Shown piece by piece: positions 28,821 through 38,701 of a stretch of DNA of 64,000 bases; position 1 is the first letter of the stretch, and each line of letters opens with the position of its first letter. The notes beneath the pieces were generated by a model. The model saw nothing but the letters and a program-made list of their open reading frames with translations, searched no databases and was not told where the DNA came from. Origin of the DNA: Barthelona sp. PCE (Eukaryota); NCBI GenBank assembly GCA_040285745.1, contig JAUFOR010000004.1, positions 992,001-1,056,000 on the forward strand. The letters are read 5' to 3'. A program made the position numbers and the translations under genes.

Positions 28821-31271
28821 ATGGTTGATTTAGTCCCCTCTTTGTATGTCACTCGTGGGCAAAAACAAGATGTTCTTGATGAATTAAGAACCATTGTCAT
28901 TTTTCCTCAAAATATTAAGGATATATTGCGATTGTGCAGCATTTTTTTCAAAGAAACAGCACAGACGGACGTGGAAACAGCTGTGAAGGTGCTAGATACA
29001 GTCTTTTACCTCTTTGAAAATTTCGAATTGATATTTTTATGTCGTCAAATTGTTGATTCAGGGTTCTTTCTTGTCCTCATGGGTATGATTAAGTCTCTTG
29101 ACAGCGAAGAGATCTTACTTAAAGTGTTAGATCTATTGTACATTGTTTCAGAAGACGGTAATGGTTTCGATGATATTCGTGAATGTTTTAATCATCTTAA
29201 CGGTATCCAAACACTTGTGAATCTCATACCACGCGACTTCTCTGTATCTTTTTGTGATAGTTTGTTTAAAGTTTTAATGTGTTCAAAGGATTTTATCAAG
29301 ATTTTTCCAGCTTCATTATTTATTACTTTAATGCGTAGAACTGAGCTATTAGAGTCTTTTTGTGCATACTATGATGAATTAGTTTTCTCAGATCATGTTG
29401 TGAAATTCAGAATTGTTGATTCAATTTTACAAACAAAATTTTGTGAATTTCTTATTCAATATCCATTATCAACAAATACACTTCGGTTCTTGACAACTTT
29501 CATCCGCAATTGTCCTTCAGTGAGGGGTAGATTATTATGGTTAGATGCAGTTGAGATAGTAACAACTTTGTTGAACAATGACACTGAAGATGATGATATT
29601 GATATTGCTGATATATTTAAGTGCTTGAGTGTGTTGGCTGAACACTCTGAAGACGTTTGTCATGAGATTTGGGTTACTTGTCGTCAGAGAATCACAAGAT
29701 ATATTGAAGATAGCGTTGTTTTGGTTGATATTTTAGTGCAAAAGAATCGTGCAAAGGAGATGAATAACCTCCTTCCACTTATTTTTGAGTTAACCACTGT
29801 TGAAACGTTTGATAATTTCAAAAATATTTACAGTGTATTGTTACAGGATCCTGATGCCATTGATATCTTGCTACAGGCGTTCCAGCTCATCAATGTTGAT
29901 GAATTCTTAGAAGTTTTTGTCGTGATCATCAATACGTTTCCAAACATTTTTTTAACTCCACCTTTTACATTCTTTAAGAAGATATCAAAGGCACAGCAAG
30001 GTACCAGGTTACTTGAATACTTTTGTTTTGATGAAAATGGTGATCCTAACTTTAAATACAGTCCTGATAAAACTATTGGGCTTTTCCATGTTACTAAGGG
30101 AGGTTCCGAAGCATGTGAGATGATATGGAATCAAAATAAGGAGGAACTTATTACATGTATGGAACAATTTAAAATGGATAGTTACTATTTAACATGTGCT
30201 CTAAGTTATTTTATCAATGTTTGTACTATACCTGAAGTAGAAGATTTAAATATTATTCATGAAAATGCTGAGGGAGATTCATTACTTCACTTTTTATTTT
30301 CTGTTTTAATTATGAAGAACACAAAAGATTATGATAATTTTGATGCAATTTTGTATTATCTGACAACAATAATTGCTAATCTTACAAGACATCATGAAAT
30401 ATCTGTATTATCACTATTGAACTTTGAAAACATCACTTATACTAATTCATCTGACTATACCGCACTTTTTTATTGTAGATTGTGTGAAATTTTGTACATG
30501 ACTCAAAGATCTGTTACTAGCAACATAATAGAAGCTGTTTATAACATTGAAGACAGGCGATTCTTCCTTGTTGCTTCATATTTTATTGTTTGTAATGTTA
30601 GTGGATGGTACCATAATGATGATAAAGCCAATGAAGTTCTTGATAATGCAATATTTTATCCTGAATTTTCTGTTAATTGTCCATATACATTGGAATCAGT
30701 CATGTTGCCAAAAAGCGAATTGGTCATTGATTGTGTTTGTGCACATTATGAAGCTGAATTCAACAGTGATATTTTCAGCTATATGTTGGACACATATCTG
30801 AAGCGTGCTATTCCAAGGATTGAGGACTTCCTGTGCTATTGGGCATGTATGGGATCAGACTTTAGGGATGTTATGGTTGAACGAAATTTTAAAACAAACG
30901 ATTCTAAAAAGTTACAAATTCTTTTACATCCAAAAGAAGATCAATTGAATGTAGATTTCATTAATGCAAGGTCTGAGAGCGCAGGTAGTTCAATTACACA
31001 CATTGAAAGAAGAACTCCACTTATTACCGAACGACCTACAGTTGCGGAGCTTATGAACGAGTCTGTTAACCTCTTAGACCTTAAAATGCCGGTATTTCAA
31101 CAATACATTGATACATTAAAAGGGAGAAAGACTAGTATGAGAAGTAGAAATGATGCACTTGCTTCAAAAGCTTTACCTACTTCAGAATTTTTAGCTTCAA
31201 TCAATTTAGACCAAAAAAAGAAGAGTCAAAAACAACAAAGTGGAAGACCATCTATTGCTGATTTGCACTGA
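28821..31271 (+). CDS. ARM/HEAT-like alpha-solenoid protein
   Basis: 816 aa; ARM-like units such as 'FNHLNGIQTLVNLI', 'LLWLDAVEIVTTLL', 'IVDSGFFLVLMGMIKS'. Confidence 0.6.
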   Translation: MVDLVPSLYVTRGQKQDVLDELRTIVIFPQNIKDILRLCSIFFKETAQTDVETAVKVLDTVFYLFENFELIFLCRQIVDSGFFLVLMGMIKSLDSEEILLKVLDLLYIVSEDGNGFDDIRECFNHLNGIQTLVNLIPRDFSVSFCDSLFKVLMCSKDFIKIFPASLFITLMRRTELLESFCAYYDELVFSDHVVKFRIVDSILQTKFCEFLIQYPLSTNTLRFLTTFIRNCPSVRGRLLWLDAVEIVTTLLNNDTEDDDIDIADIFKCLSVLAEHSEDVCHEIWVTCRQRITRYIEDSVVLVDILVQKNRAKEMNNLLPLIFELTTVETFDNFKNIYSVLLQDPDAIDILLQAFQLINVDEFLEVFVVIINTFPNIFLTPPFTFFKKISKAQQGTRLLEYFCFDENGDPNFKYSPDKTIGLFHVTKGGSEACEMIWNQNKEELITCMEQFKMDSYYLTCALSYFINVCTIPEVEDLNIIHENAEGDSLLHFLFSVLIMKNTKDYDNFDAILYYLTTIIANLTRHHEISVLSLLNFENITYTNSSDYTALFYCRLCEILYMTQRSVTSNIIEAVYNIEDRRFFLVASYFIVCNVSGWYHNDDKANEVLDNAIFYPEFSVNCPYTLESVMLPKSELVIDCVCAHYEAEFNSDIFSYMLDTYLKRAIPRIEDFLCYWACMGSDFRDVMVERNFKTNDSKKLQILLHPKEDQLNVDFINARSESAGSSITHIERRTPLITERPTVAELMNESVNLLDLKMPVFQQYIDTLKGRKTSMRSRNDALASKALPTSEFLASINLDQKKKSQKQQSGRPSIADLH

Positions 31272-31381
31272 TGATATTTGTAAATTACATTTATGTATCT
31301 TCAAACGAGTAAGCATAGTACTTATTGTTAAACACGCTTTTATAGTCCTTATAATAATCCAAACTATAAAAGATTGATGAA

Positions 31382-33559
31382 TTATTTATTTATTGCATGA
31401 TAATTGGGCATATGATACTCAACGATGGACGCCTCCGCCAGGAACGAAGGAAGGTGGAACCTTTCCACAGTGGGATTTTTTGATTCTGGGTCTTCCTCAA
31501 CGTTATACGTTTTCAACACCATTGTCTTGGTTTCTTCTTCATAAATAACTTCCTGAACAACGTTATTAGGCAGATTAACGCTGTGAATATCGTTGCCAAT
31601 ATTTGGTAAAATAGTATTTGTAAAAAATCGCATTTCAATAACGCCATTAACAATGGATACCTTATTAATACCTTGATCTACTTGAATGTACGAATCACCT
31701 ATGAAATTAAAGAAACAGTTACCTTCCAAGAATTCTTCATCCATTTCACCATCATTTAAATATTTATATATCAAAACGGGTTCCAAAAAATTTCCTGTTG
31801 ACCAATCTAAACAATGCATATACTGTTCCTCACCATCATTGTTGTATTTATATGTAACAAAGAGCTGGTGGTCAGCTGTATCTGTTAATGGATGATGACA
31901 GAAGACTACATTCGAAACATCATCGCCATGATGAAAAGTGATGTGCTTTTGAACCTCAACATCATTATTATTGATCAACAATTGCAAAAAATGTGTTGAA
32001 TTAGTACAACTAACACACAGAGAACTTCCAGTGACTGAAGGCTTGCAATTATTTATGTACTCATTTAGAGGTAGCTCCAATACTTTTGTTTTACCAATAT
32101 AACCTTGACAAACATTTTCATTATACTCAATAAAAAATGGTAACCCAAGAACTAAGCTAACATAACTCAAAAAGCCATCATTTTCAAAAGGAGTTATTAT
32201 TGGTTTTGATTCTGAGCCTTCCCAGTGTATTTTAACTATTTCTGGAGCATCTGGTCTTGTATTACACTGTGCAATCATAAAGAAATACTCTTCCTCAACC
32301 GGGTGCATCGATAGTTCACTGTAATTCCTTTCAAACATGAAACTATCGTTAGTCATAACACTTTTATGTGTGACGATTCTTTTTTCTTTGAAGTAAAAGT
32401 AACACTGTCTTTTCCGATTGCTATCTGCAAAATGTACTGTCCCATCATACATAACTCTGTGAGGCCAAATATTTTGCAAGCGAATCACCTCATTATCGAC
32501 TTTTCTAAACTTTATAGGACCAAAAACACCCGTTGCATTACAAGTTCCTAAAAACTGGCATTGTTCATTATGAAAAGAATTCGCCAAGTCAAGGTGTTTT
32601 ATATTATCAAATTGAATATATTCACTGCATAAATCACCAGTTGACGACTTAAGCTCCCCGTTTTCAATATGAACAACAGTACAAATAGAGCTATTATAGA
32701 AAAGCGCAGAAAATTCATCTTGTGTCAATGTGAACAAGGAAAAACAAGAACAGTAAGATATTTCCAACTCTAGTAACTGTGGGAATCTTTCCAATAGATC
32801 AACACGGTTTCGTTTACGGTCAAAAATGATCAATTCTTCAAATCCTCTGCCAAATAAGGCAAAACAAACACATTCAGCATTGTTACATCCTATACAGTTT
32901 TGATTATGGACACCTTCTAGCTGTACGATATCCGGCTCATGAGCCTCGTCCATATCATCTACGCAGAAATTGTAGTGGAATAACGAAAAACCATTTTCAT
33001 AATTGCTCATCAATACATATTGAATGGAACAAGTGTTGTTCATGGGGTAATGGTTGTATTCTCCAAGGCACCGGTACTGTTCTGTTAGAATATTGAGAAT
33101 GCAACAATGAGTCATTTCCACATTCCGGACTTCATCAACCTCTGTAATAGCAAAAAAAATATGGTTTTCATCTAATGGAACAAATTCGCTCGATAAATAT
33201 TTTTGTAAATTATCCAAATCATCAAAAGGGAAACGAATCTTTCTGTTTGTGTGTTCATCACTGTTAATTTCGTTGAAATACAGGATTTCAAGATCAGTTA
33301 ATCGATCATTTTCGCTAAAATGCTGTTTAACGATCATATATCCTTCTCCAGCTTTTCGCTTGTAGTAATACCGAAGTGTTTCACACGTTTCTTCAACATA
33401 TCCACAAAATTCTTCCCCATCAACAGCATCAATGAGATTATTTAAATGAGTGTCTTCTCTGCTTTTGACCATTCTAACACCCTGACCTTCAAAAATAATT
33501 TGCCCCTCGGGAAAGGCCCCAATGATAAGGTCATCCTCGAATTTACGGATACGAGGCAT
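31382..33559 (-). CDS. Orphan ~725-aa acidic, beta-strand-rich protein (possible beta-propeller)
   Basis: Long ORF, first ATG at 33559; short beta-strand/turn pattern; no signal peptide or TM. Confidence 0.7.
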   Translation of the reverse strand: MPRIRKFEDDLIIGAFPEGQIIFEGQGVRMVKSREDTHLNNLIDAVDGEEFCGYVEETCETLRYYYKRKAGEGYMIVKQHFSENDRLTDLEILYFNEINSDEHTNRKIRFPFDDLDNLQKYLSSEFVPLDENHIFFAITEVDEVRNVEMTHCCILNILTEQYRCLGEYNHYPMNNTCSIQYVLMSNYENGFSLFHYNFCVDDMDEAHEPDIVQLEGVHNQNCIGCNNAECVCFALFGRGFEELIIFDRKRNRVDLLERFPQLLELEISYCSCFSLFTLTQDEFSALFYNSSICTVVHIENGELKSSTGDLCSEYIQFDNIKHLDLANSFHNEQCQFLGTCNATGVFGPIKFRKVDNEVIRLQNIWPHRVMYDGTVHFADSNRKRQCYFYFKEKRIVTHKSVMTNDSFMFERNYSELSMHPVEEEYFFMIAQCNTRPDAPEIVKIHWEGSESKPIITPFENDGFLSYVSLVLGLPFFIEYNENVCQGYIGKTKVLELPLNEYINNCKPSVTGSSLCVSCTNSTHFLQLLINNNDVEVQKHITFHHGDDVSNVVFCHHPLTDTADHQLFVTYKYNNDGEEQYMHCLDWSTGNFLEPVLIYKYLNDGEMDEEFLEGNCFFNFIGDSYIQVDQGINKVSIVNGVIEMRFFTNTILPNIGNDIHSVNLPNNVVQEVIYEEETKTMVLKTYNVEEDPESKNPTVERFHLPSFLAEASIVEYHMPNYHAINK

Positions 33560-33732
33560 ATGCAAGTTGTTTGCCGTGATGAAACAAGTGTAAAAAGAGA
33601 TAGCATGGTTTTTTCATGATACTTAATTGAATTTTCATTCAGAACGACTAGTATTAACATTCTTTTACAACCACATATATCACATAAGCGTATACAACAA
33701 AGGAAAATGAAGATAAAAATTGAAGTGAAAAC

Positions 33733-33854
33733 TAGAAATTCACATTCCATTGAAAAAACCGTGGATCTTTTGATCTAAACTATTGGCATACTGGGTGTGT
33801 TTCAGACTGACTTTTGAAATAAAAGCATAACATGAAGAGAACGTTGAAATTCCA
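33733..33854 (+). repeat. Left terminal inverted repeat
   Basis: Reverse complement of 35162-35283 except at 33765/35251. Confidence 0.95.
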
Positions 33855-33928
33855 GTGTGCAAACACATTTACATTCATTCTTCACGGTGCATTCTTTGAA
33901 AATATAATTACAATGATAAGCAGATGCA

Positions 33929-35001
33929 GTGAATCAATCAATCAATCTACCACTTGGCGCAATTACTGAAGTGGTAGAACAGCCACGAGAGTACCAAAAT
34001 AACTTGTACGTTGAGATTACAACCAAAAATGAAGGTCAGCACCGTGTATCTTACCGATATATTGTCTCTGGTGGTATTTATGCAAGGTATACAGACTTCA
34101 ATTCTGAGAAATATTGTATTTTCGCCCATGAAGCTAGTGTTGATCTCTACAACAACCAAATCAGACAATCTGGCGCAAAAATTGGTAATGGAAGCTTGAC
34201 AAAAGCTCAGGGTCAAATTTGTGGTTTAAACATATTCACAGGGAAAATTTGGATACATCAGCTGGATTTAATGGAACAGGCAAGGATTATAAGGTCTTTG
34301 TGTACTGAAAGAAATCATATAATTAAAAGGAGCTTCCTCCCAGATGAATATATTAACAGAATTTTGTTGGATAAATATACACAGGGAGTATTACAGCTTT
34401 ACACACTGATTTTGAACTGGAGATAGGTAATGAATTCAGGAAAATTGGAAGTTACAAAGGCTTGGTTGCCCATATCATTTCCATTCTCTGTTCCAATTTT
34501 GATGCATGTTACTCTGCTTCCTGCGAAAGTCGGGAGAAGGGAATTGAACATTATCAAACCGTTGAAGAGAGATCAAATGGTTCTCCATGCCAATTTGTTA
34601 CAAATTCTGTAGTCTCCCCAGGACGAGTAAGACGAGTAAGACAAACGAGAACAATTGGCGGCACACCAACACGTATTCAAAGGACTGAGCAGGATAAGTA
34701 TGATTTTTCCGACCAGGGTGTGCGTGAAACTGATATCCGTCTAGCGCTTGCCTATGGTCACACGAATCCAGCAGTGAAAGGTGTGGAAAAGATACGGGAA
34801 TTAGTGCATAAGTACAAAAACACTGTAGCAAGTAATGCTGGTGTTGAGCGTGGGTTTTCCAATTTAAAAAATGCTCATAGTGCAAAGCAAACAAGAATTA
34901 AACCGAAATTGCGGTATAGTTGGTACGTGTTCAATAATAGTACTGCAACATCAGCAATTTCCATCAAAGATTTTAGAGCTCTAAGGTTCGTTCAGGAGTG
35001 A
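33929..35001 (+). pseudogene. Frameshifted, internally deleted hAT transposase remnant
   Basis: The frame open 34375-35001 encodes 'ELVHKYKNTVASNAGVERGFSNLK...QTRI' (hAT C-terminal S..ER.FS motif). The upstream piece 33929-34426 is in another frame and has no ATG start. Confidence 0.75.
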
Positions 35002-35093
35002 AGAATAACCAGAAAATGAGTAAGAAGTTCATTGTATTTATTTCGCTTTTACTGTACGTATTTTGGGATATTTACATAGTACTCTAACCCTTT

Positions 35094-35117
35094 TAGGTCT
35101 TAAAATAGGTCTTAAAA
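35094..35117 (+). repeat. Subterminal tandem repeat (TAGGTCTTAAAA)x2 within the hAT element
   Basis: Direct reading, 44 bp inside the right TIR. Confidence 0.8.
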
Positions 35118-35161
35118 TAAAAAAGTATAAACCACTTTGACCCACGAGTTTTCAAACCTCA

Positions 35162-35283
35162 TGGAATTTCAACGTTCTCTTCATGTTATGCTTTTATTTC
35201 AAAAGTCAGTCTGAAACACACCCAGTATGCCAATAGTTTAGATCAAAAGAGCCACGGTTTTTTCAATGGAATGTGAATTTCTA
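35162..35283 (-). repeat. Right terminal inverted repeat
   Basis: Reverse complement of 33733-33854 with one mismatch. Confidence 0.95.
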
Positions 35284-35440
35284 GTGAAAACCATTCATCT
35301 TCAAACTATTACACAAGACGGACTAACAATGATAAATGTACTCAGTACAAGAGTAAGGTCTCACAAATGATCGCAGAAGAACTCAAATAATGAGCTATTA
35401 CTCAGCAAAATCTGTCAGCCAAAACCACAAATTATTTGAA

Positions 35441-35719
35441 TTATAATGCCTCGAGCTCAGCTGTATGTATGCACGATAGTTGCTCGTTTGAAAGTTGCAG
35501 ACGGGTGACCATCTGGTTTAGAACACATCTGGCTTGTTCGATAGCTTCGATATCTTCACTAACTGTTGCATATTCTTGTTTTAGTAAATCCAATTCCGTT
35601 AAAAAGTGCTTCACTTCTTCATAAGTCTTAATATTTTGCAGTCTACATTGAATATCATCGAATGTTGTTGTTAAAAGTTTTAAAGTTGAAGTTAGTCTAT
35701 CAATAGAAACAGTTGCCAT
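35441..35719 (-). CDS. Small coiled-coil protein, possibly Ska2-like kinetochore subunit
   Basis: 'IDRL......FDDIQCRLQNIKT...FLTELDLLKQEY' resembles the Ska2 N-terminal pattern; 92 aa. Confidence 0.4.
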   Translation of the reverse strand: MATVSIDRLTSTLKLLTTTFDDIQCRLQNIKTYEEVKHFLTELDLLKQEYATVSEDIEAIEQARCVLNQMVTRLQLSNEQLSCIHTAELEAL

Positions 35720-35918
35720 TGAAAATCCCAAAATAAGTACAGAAGTTTGCTTTGCTTTAATAAATGGTAAGCTTGAAAAGGTAAATATTCAAGAAGCAAC
35801 TGTTTCAGAGATGAAAATAAAGTTCTATCAGAGTGTCTTGTTGTTTACATCTTTCCAAACAGCATTTGGAAATGTTAGAGATTAACACAGTGTTAATATG
35901 AAAACTTTATTATGGAAA

Positions 35919-37127
35919 CTAAACCTTAATATATATTCTTTTTCTATCAAAGAGAACTGCGAGAAGACACCAAATAATTGAATACATTAATCCATTCAAT
36001 ACTGATGCTAACATATCATGATTATCAAATAAAAAGTGACAAATACGATGATAAATAAGTGTGAATATTGATGTTCCGCCTGGTTGAATCTTTAAAAATA
36101 CTAAAGTTAACAAATCAGCTAAAACAAAGCAAATCAAAGGATTCATTCCAAACGCTTTAAATGGATATGAAAGTTTTCTAAAGATTATAGACTTGTCTAC
36201 AATAAGAAATACAGTAATAATGATTGTAGATATTGTTGCAGTACTAAAAACAAAAGAGGGTGTCCAAATACTTTTGTTGATTGGGAAAAATGCTAAAGAT
36301 ACAAACATTATCAGAAGGTCTGCTGCGATGTGGAGAGTAAGTGTTAAATATTTTAATGTTGCACGATCTCTGTATTTATCAAAAAATGTTGCTAACTCAA
36401 ATCCTAAAAATAATGACCAAGCTGCTGTCAATGTTGATATGAATCCTTCGGGATCATATGGTAAACGTTTCCAAGTGTGATTCTTAAGTACTAATTTATC
36501 AAAATAAGATTCAAAAGAACAAAATTCATCAAGGACTCCTGTACCACATTCAGGAACAGGATAGAATAACATTAGGCCAACGTATGTGGCCATTATAACC
36601 ATCATCATTAGAATTTGAAGGGATATTGCACTGGAAATTACTATGATAACTGTTACCAAAAAATTACATAAAGCGATTCGTTGTAAAACCCCAAAAATAC
36701 GAATATATTCAAAGAAATGTTCACGATAGAACAGTAATCCACCAAGACAGTTCAAAGAAAAACCAATAAGGAACAATTTTAAAGAACGAATTGCACTTTT
36801 AGTAATGAAACTTCGCTTTTTGGTTCTCTTTCCATTAATTCCTTTTACCTCCTCATGTTGCATTTTCTTTTGGTGGTTCTTATATGAATAAAACTTTGAA
36901 AACCCACTTAAAAAAAGAAATGATGGAAATACAAGATCTGCCAAATGCAATCCATTCCATTCAGCATGATCAATCCATGCATAGTTCTTATCCCCGAGGT
37001 TATTGACCATACACATGATGAATAGGGTAAGCCCACGAAGAATATCGATTACCACAACTCTTACTTCAGATTTCGCATTTGACCGCAAATCCTTTTCGAT
37101 TTTGACAAGGGGGACGTTCATACTCAT
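35919..37127 (-). CDS. Heparan-alpha-glucosaminide N-acetyltransferase-like membrane acetyltransferase (core only)
   Basis: IDILRGLT..M..VN, HAEWNGLHLADLVFPSFLF, GVLQRIA, DPEG, PINKSIWTPSFV. Confidence 0.88.
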   Translation of the reverse strand: MSMNVPLVKIEKDLRSNAKSEVRVVVIDILRGLTLFIMCMVNNLGDKNYAWIDHAEWNGLHLADLVFPSFLFLSGFSKFYSYKNHQKKMQHEEVKGINGKRTKKRSFITKSAIRSLKLFLIGFSLNCLGGLLFYREHFFEYIRIFGVLQRIALCNFLVTVIIVISSAISLQILMMMVIMATYVGLMLFYPVPECGTGVLDEFCSFESYFDKLVLKNHTWKRLPYDPEGFISTLTAAWSLFLGFELATFFDKYRDRATLKYLTLTLHIAADLLIMFVSLAFFPINKSIWTPSFVFSTATISTIIITVFLIVDKSIIFRKLSYPFKAFGMNPLICFVLADLLTLVFLKIQPGGTSIFTLIYHRICHFLFDNHDMLASVLNGLMYSIIWCLLAVLFDRKRIYIKV

Positions 37128-37236
37128 GATGTTTGAGTTATACAAAAGCGTGAAAAGATATGAAACAATATGTTAAAACATTTACTACTCTTTCTAAAGG
37201 TTTTTTTTTACTTTTGTGCCATTGAAACGAGTACCG

Positions 37237-38700
37237 ATGTCGCAGAAGAATAGGGAATGGATATCAGAGTACAAAAAATTAAATCGCGAGCAACGTATTG
37301 CAGCTAATGATTTATTAGGGCTTTTTGGGAGGAAAAACGACGAATTTAGAGAGCTATTTTGCAGTGCTGAAGAGAGGTGGCACAAATATGACGTTTCGTA
37401 TAGGGAATTTGAGATGAAACTTAACAGAAATTTGAGAATTGTACGAAGCAGTTTCAGTGATTTAAAGCATGAATTATATCGTATGAATGCACAAAATTCC
37501 ACATCTGAGGAGGAAGCCATTTTTTTACAGAATTTGTATGAACGAGTGGAGGGAAATTTGAGGAAGATTGGTCTATGTTATGTTAATGATTTTACGGATC
37601 TAAAACAAAATGAACAAGATTTAGAACAGCAGATATCAGATCTTTTGAAACATGTTGATGATATTGAACAAGAAGAAATTCAACCAGTAACCAAAAAAAG
37701 TCGAAATAATATTCATAGCGTGATAGAAAGACATGCTCCCAGTACAGGTAGCAAACTAATAGAAGAGATGAGATGTGTTGAGGATTCATTAATACAAATT
37801 GAAAGTATAAGACCCAGCATTGCAATAGACTTAGCAAACAGATTATCAAAGTATTCGACCTCAGCGATTTTAAAACTTAATGAAGAATCTGTATTGAACA
37901 AGGGGTATAAGCTTAATATTGAAAAACATATAGAACGATTTTTTGAAAAAAATCCTTTAGAAACCAACTCGGATGATTTCTATGATTATATTTTATATTT
38001 TCTGAAAGTATCTATTCTAAATCGAAGAAGGGATATCATTTTAAGACGTTGGAATGTTGAAAAGGAAGAGAAACGGATTAAATTAATAGAAGAAGAAAAA
38101 TCTAAAAAAGCAGAGCAAAAAATTCATATGAAAGAACAAAATCGTTTAAGAAATATTGAAGCAGAGAAGAGACGTAAACAAAAGGAGAAAATAGCTGCAT
38201 GGCGTGAAGCAGAAGAAAGAAAAAGGAAAAAAGAGGAAATGCAACGTTTTAAGGAAGAACAGATGATAAAAAAGCGAGAAAAAGATGCATTTGATAAAAG
38301 AAGAAAGTTATTAAAGCTCAAATTACAAGCTCAGGAAGAGGAAGAATCACCTAATACGATTGATCTTGCGGTATCACCTGTTTCCAGACCTCGATTGAGT
38401 CAAGAGCAAAAACAACGTATTAAAAAGCGAGAGGAGGAGCATTTCTTAAAGCATCAGCGTCTTAGAAATGCAAAAAAACGAAAGGAAATTGAAAGACAAA
38501 AGTTGGAGCAGCGAATTATCGAACGTATGCACACAAACGGCACTAGAGATGTGGAGCGCAGCTTTGATCGACTCGTATCGAAGACAGAATCACAGTTAAC
38601 ACGAGAAAAAGCTCAAACAAATGTGTCACATACAGTTGGTATTAAAAACACATTTATTCCACAGTCTAGAGCTGTTCCTAAGTGGCGTCAAGGTTTGTAA
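37237..38700 (+). CDS. CCDC112: CCDC112-like coiled-coil protein
   Basis: Long E/K/R helix; 'VERSFDRLVSKT' and the C-terminal 'RAVPKWRQGL' signature. Confidence 0.7.
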   Translation: MSQKNREWISEYKKLNREQRIAANDLLGLFGRKNDEFRELFCSAEERWHKYDVSYREFEMKLNRNLRIVRSSFSDLKHELYRMNAQNSTSEEEAIFLQNLYERVEGNLRKIGLCYVNDFTDLKQNEQDLEQQISDLLKHVDDIEQEEIQPVTKKSRNNIHSVIERHAPSTGSKLIEEMRCVEDSLIQIESIRPSIAIDLANRLSKYSTSAILKLNEESVLNKGYKLNIEKHIERFFEKNPLETNSDDFYDYILYFLKVSILNRRRDIILRRWNVEKEEKRIKLIEEEKSKKAEQKIHMKEQNRLRNIEAEKRRKQKEKIAAWREAEERKRKKEEMQRFKEEQMIKKREKDAFDKRRKLLKLKLQAQEEEESPNTIDLAVSPVSRPRLSQEQKQRIKKREEEHFLKHQRLRNAKKRKEIERQKLEQRIIERMHTNGTRDVERSFDRLVSKTESQLTREKAQTNVSHTVGIKNTFIPQSRAVPKWRQGL

Positions 38701-38701
38701 T

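Larger units (their letters stand above)
33733..35283. mobile_element. Non-autonomous hAT-superfamily DNA transposon (1551 bp)
   Basis: 122-bp TIRs starting TAG/ending CTA with 1 mismatch; 8-bp TSD GTGAAAAC (33725-33732 and 35284-35291); internal hAT C-terminal motif. Confidence 0.92.

Noticed and set aside
33442-33750. 102-aa minus-strand ORF starting inside the left TIR
   Set aside because: Crosses the insertion junction and overlaps the next gene out of frame; probably a chance ORF.
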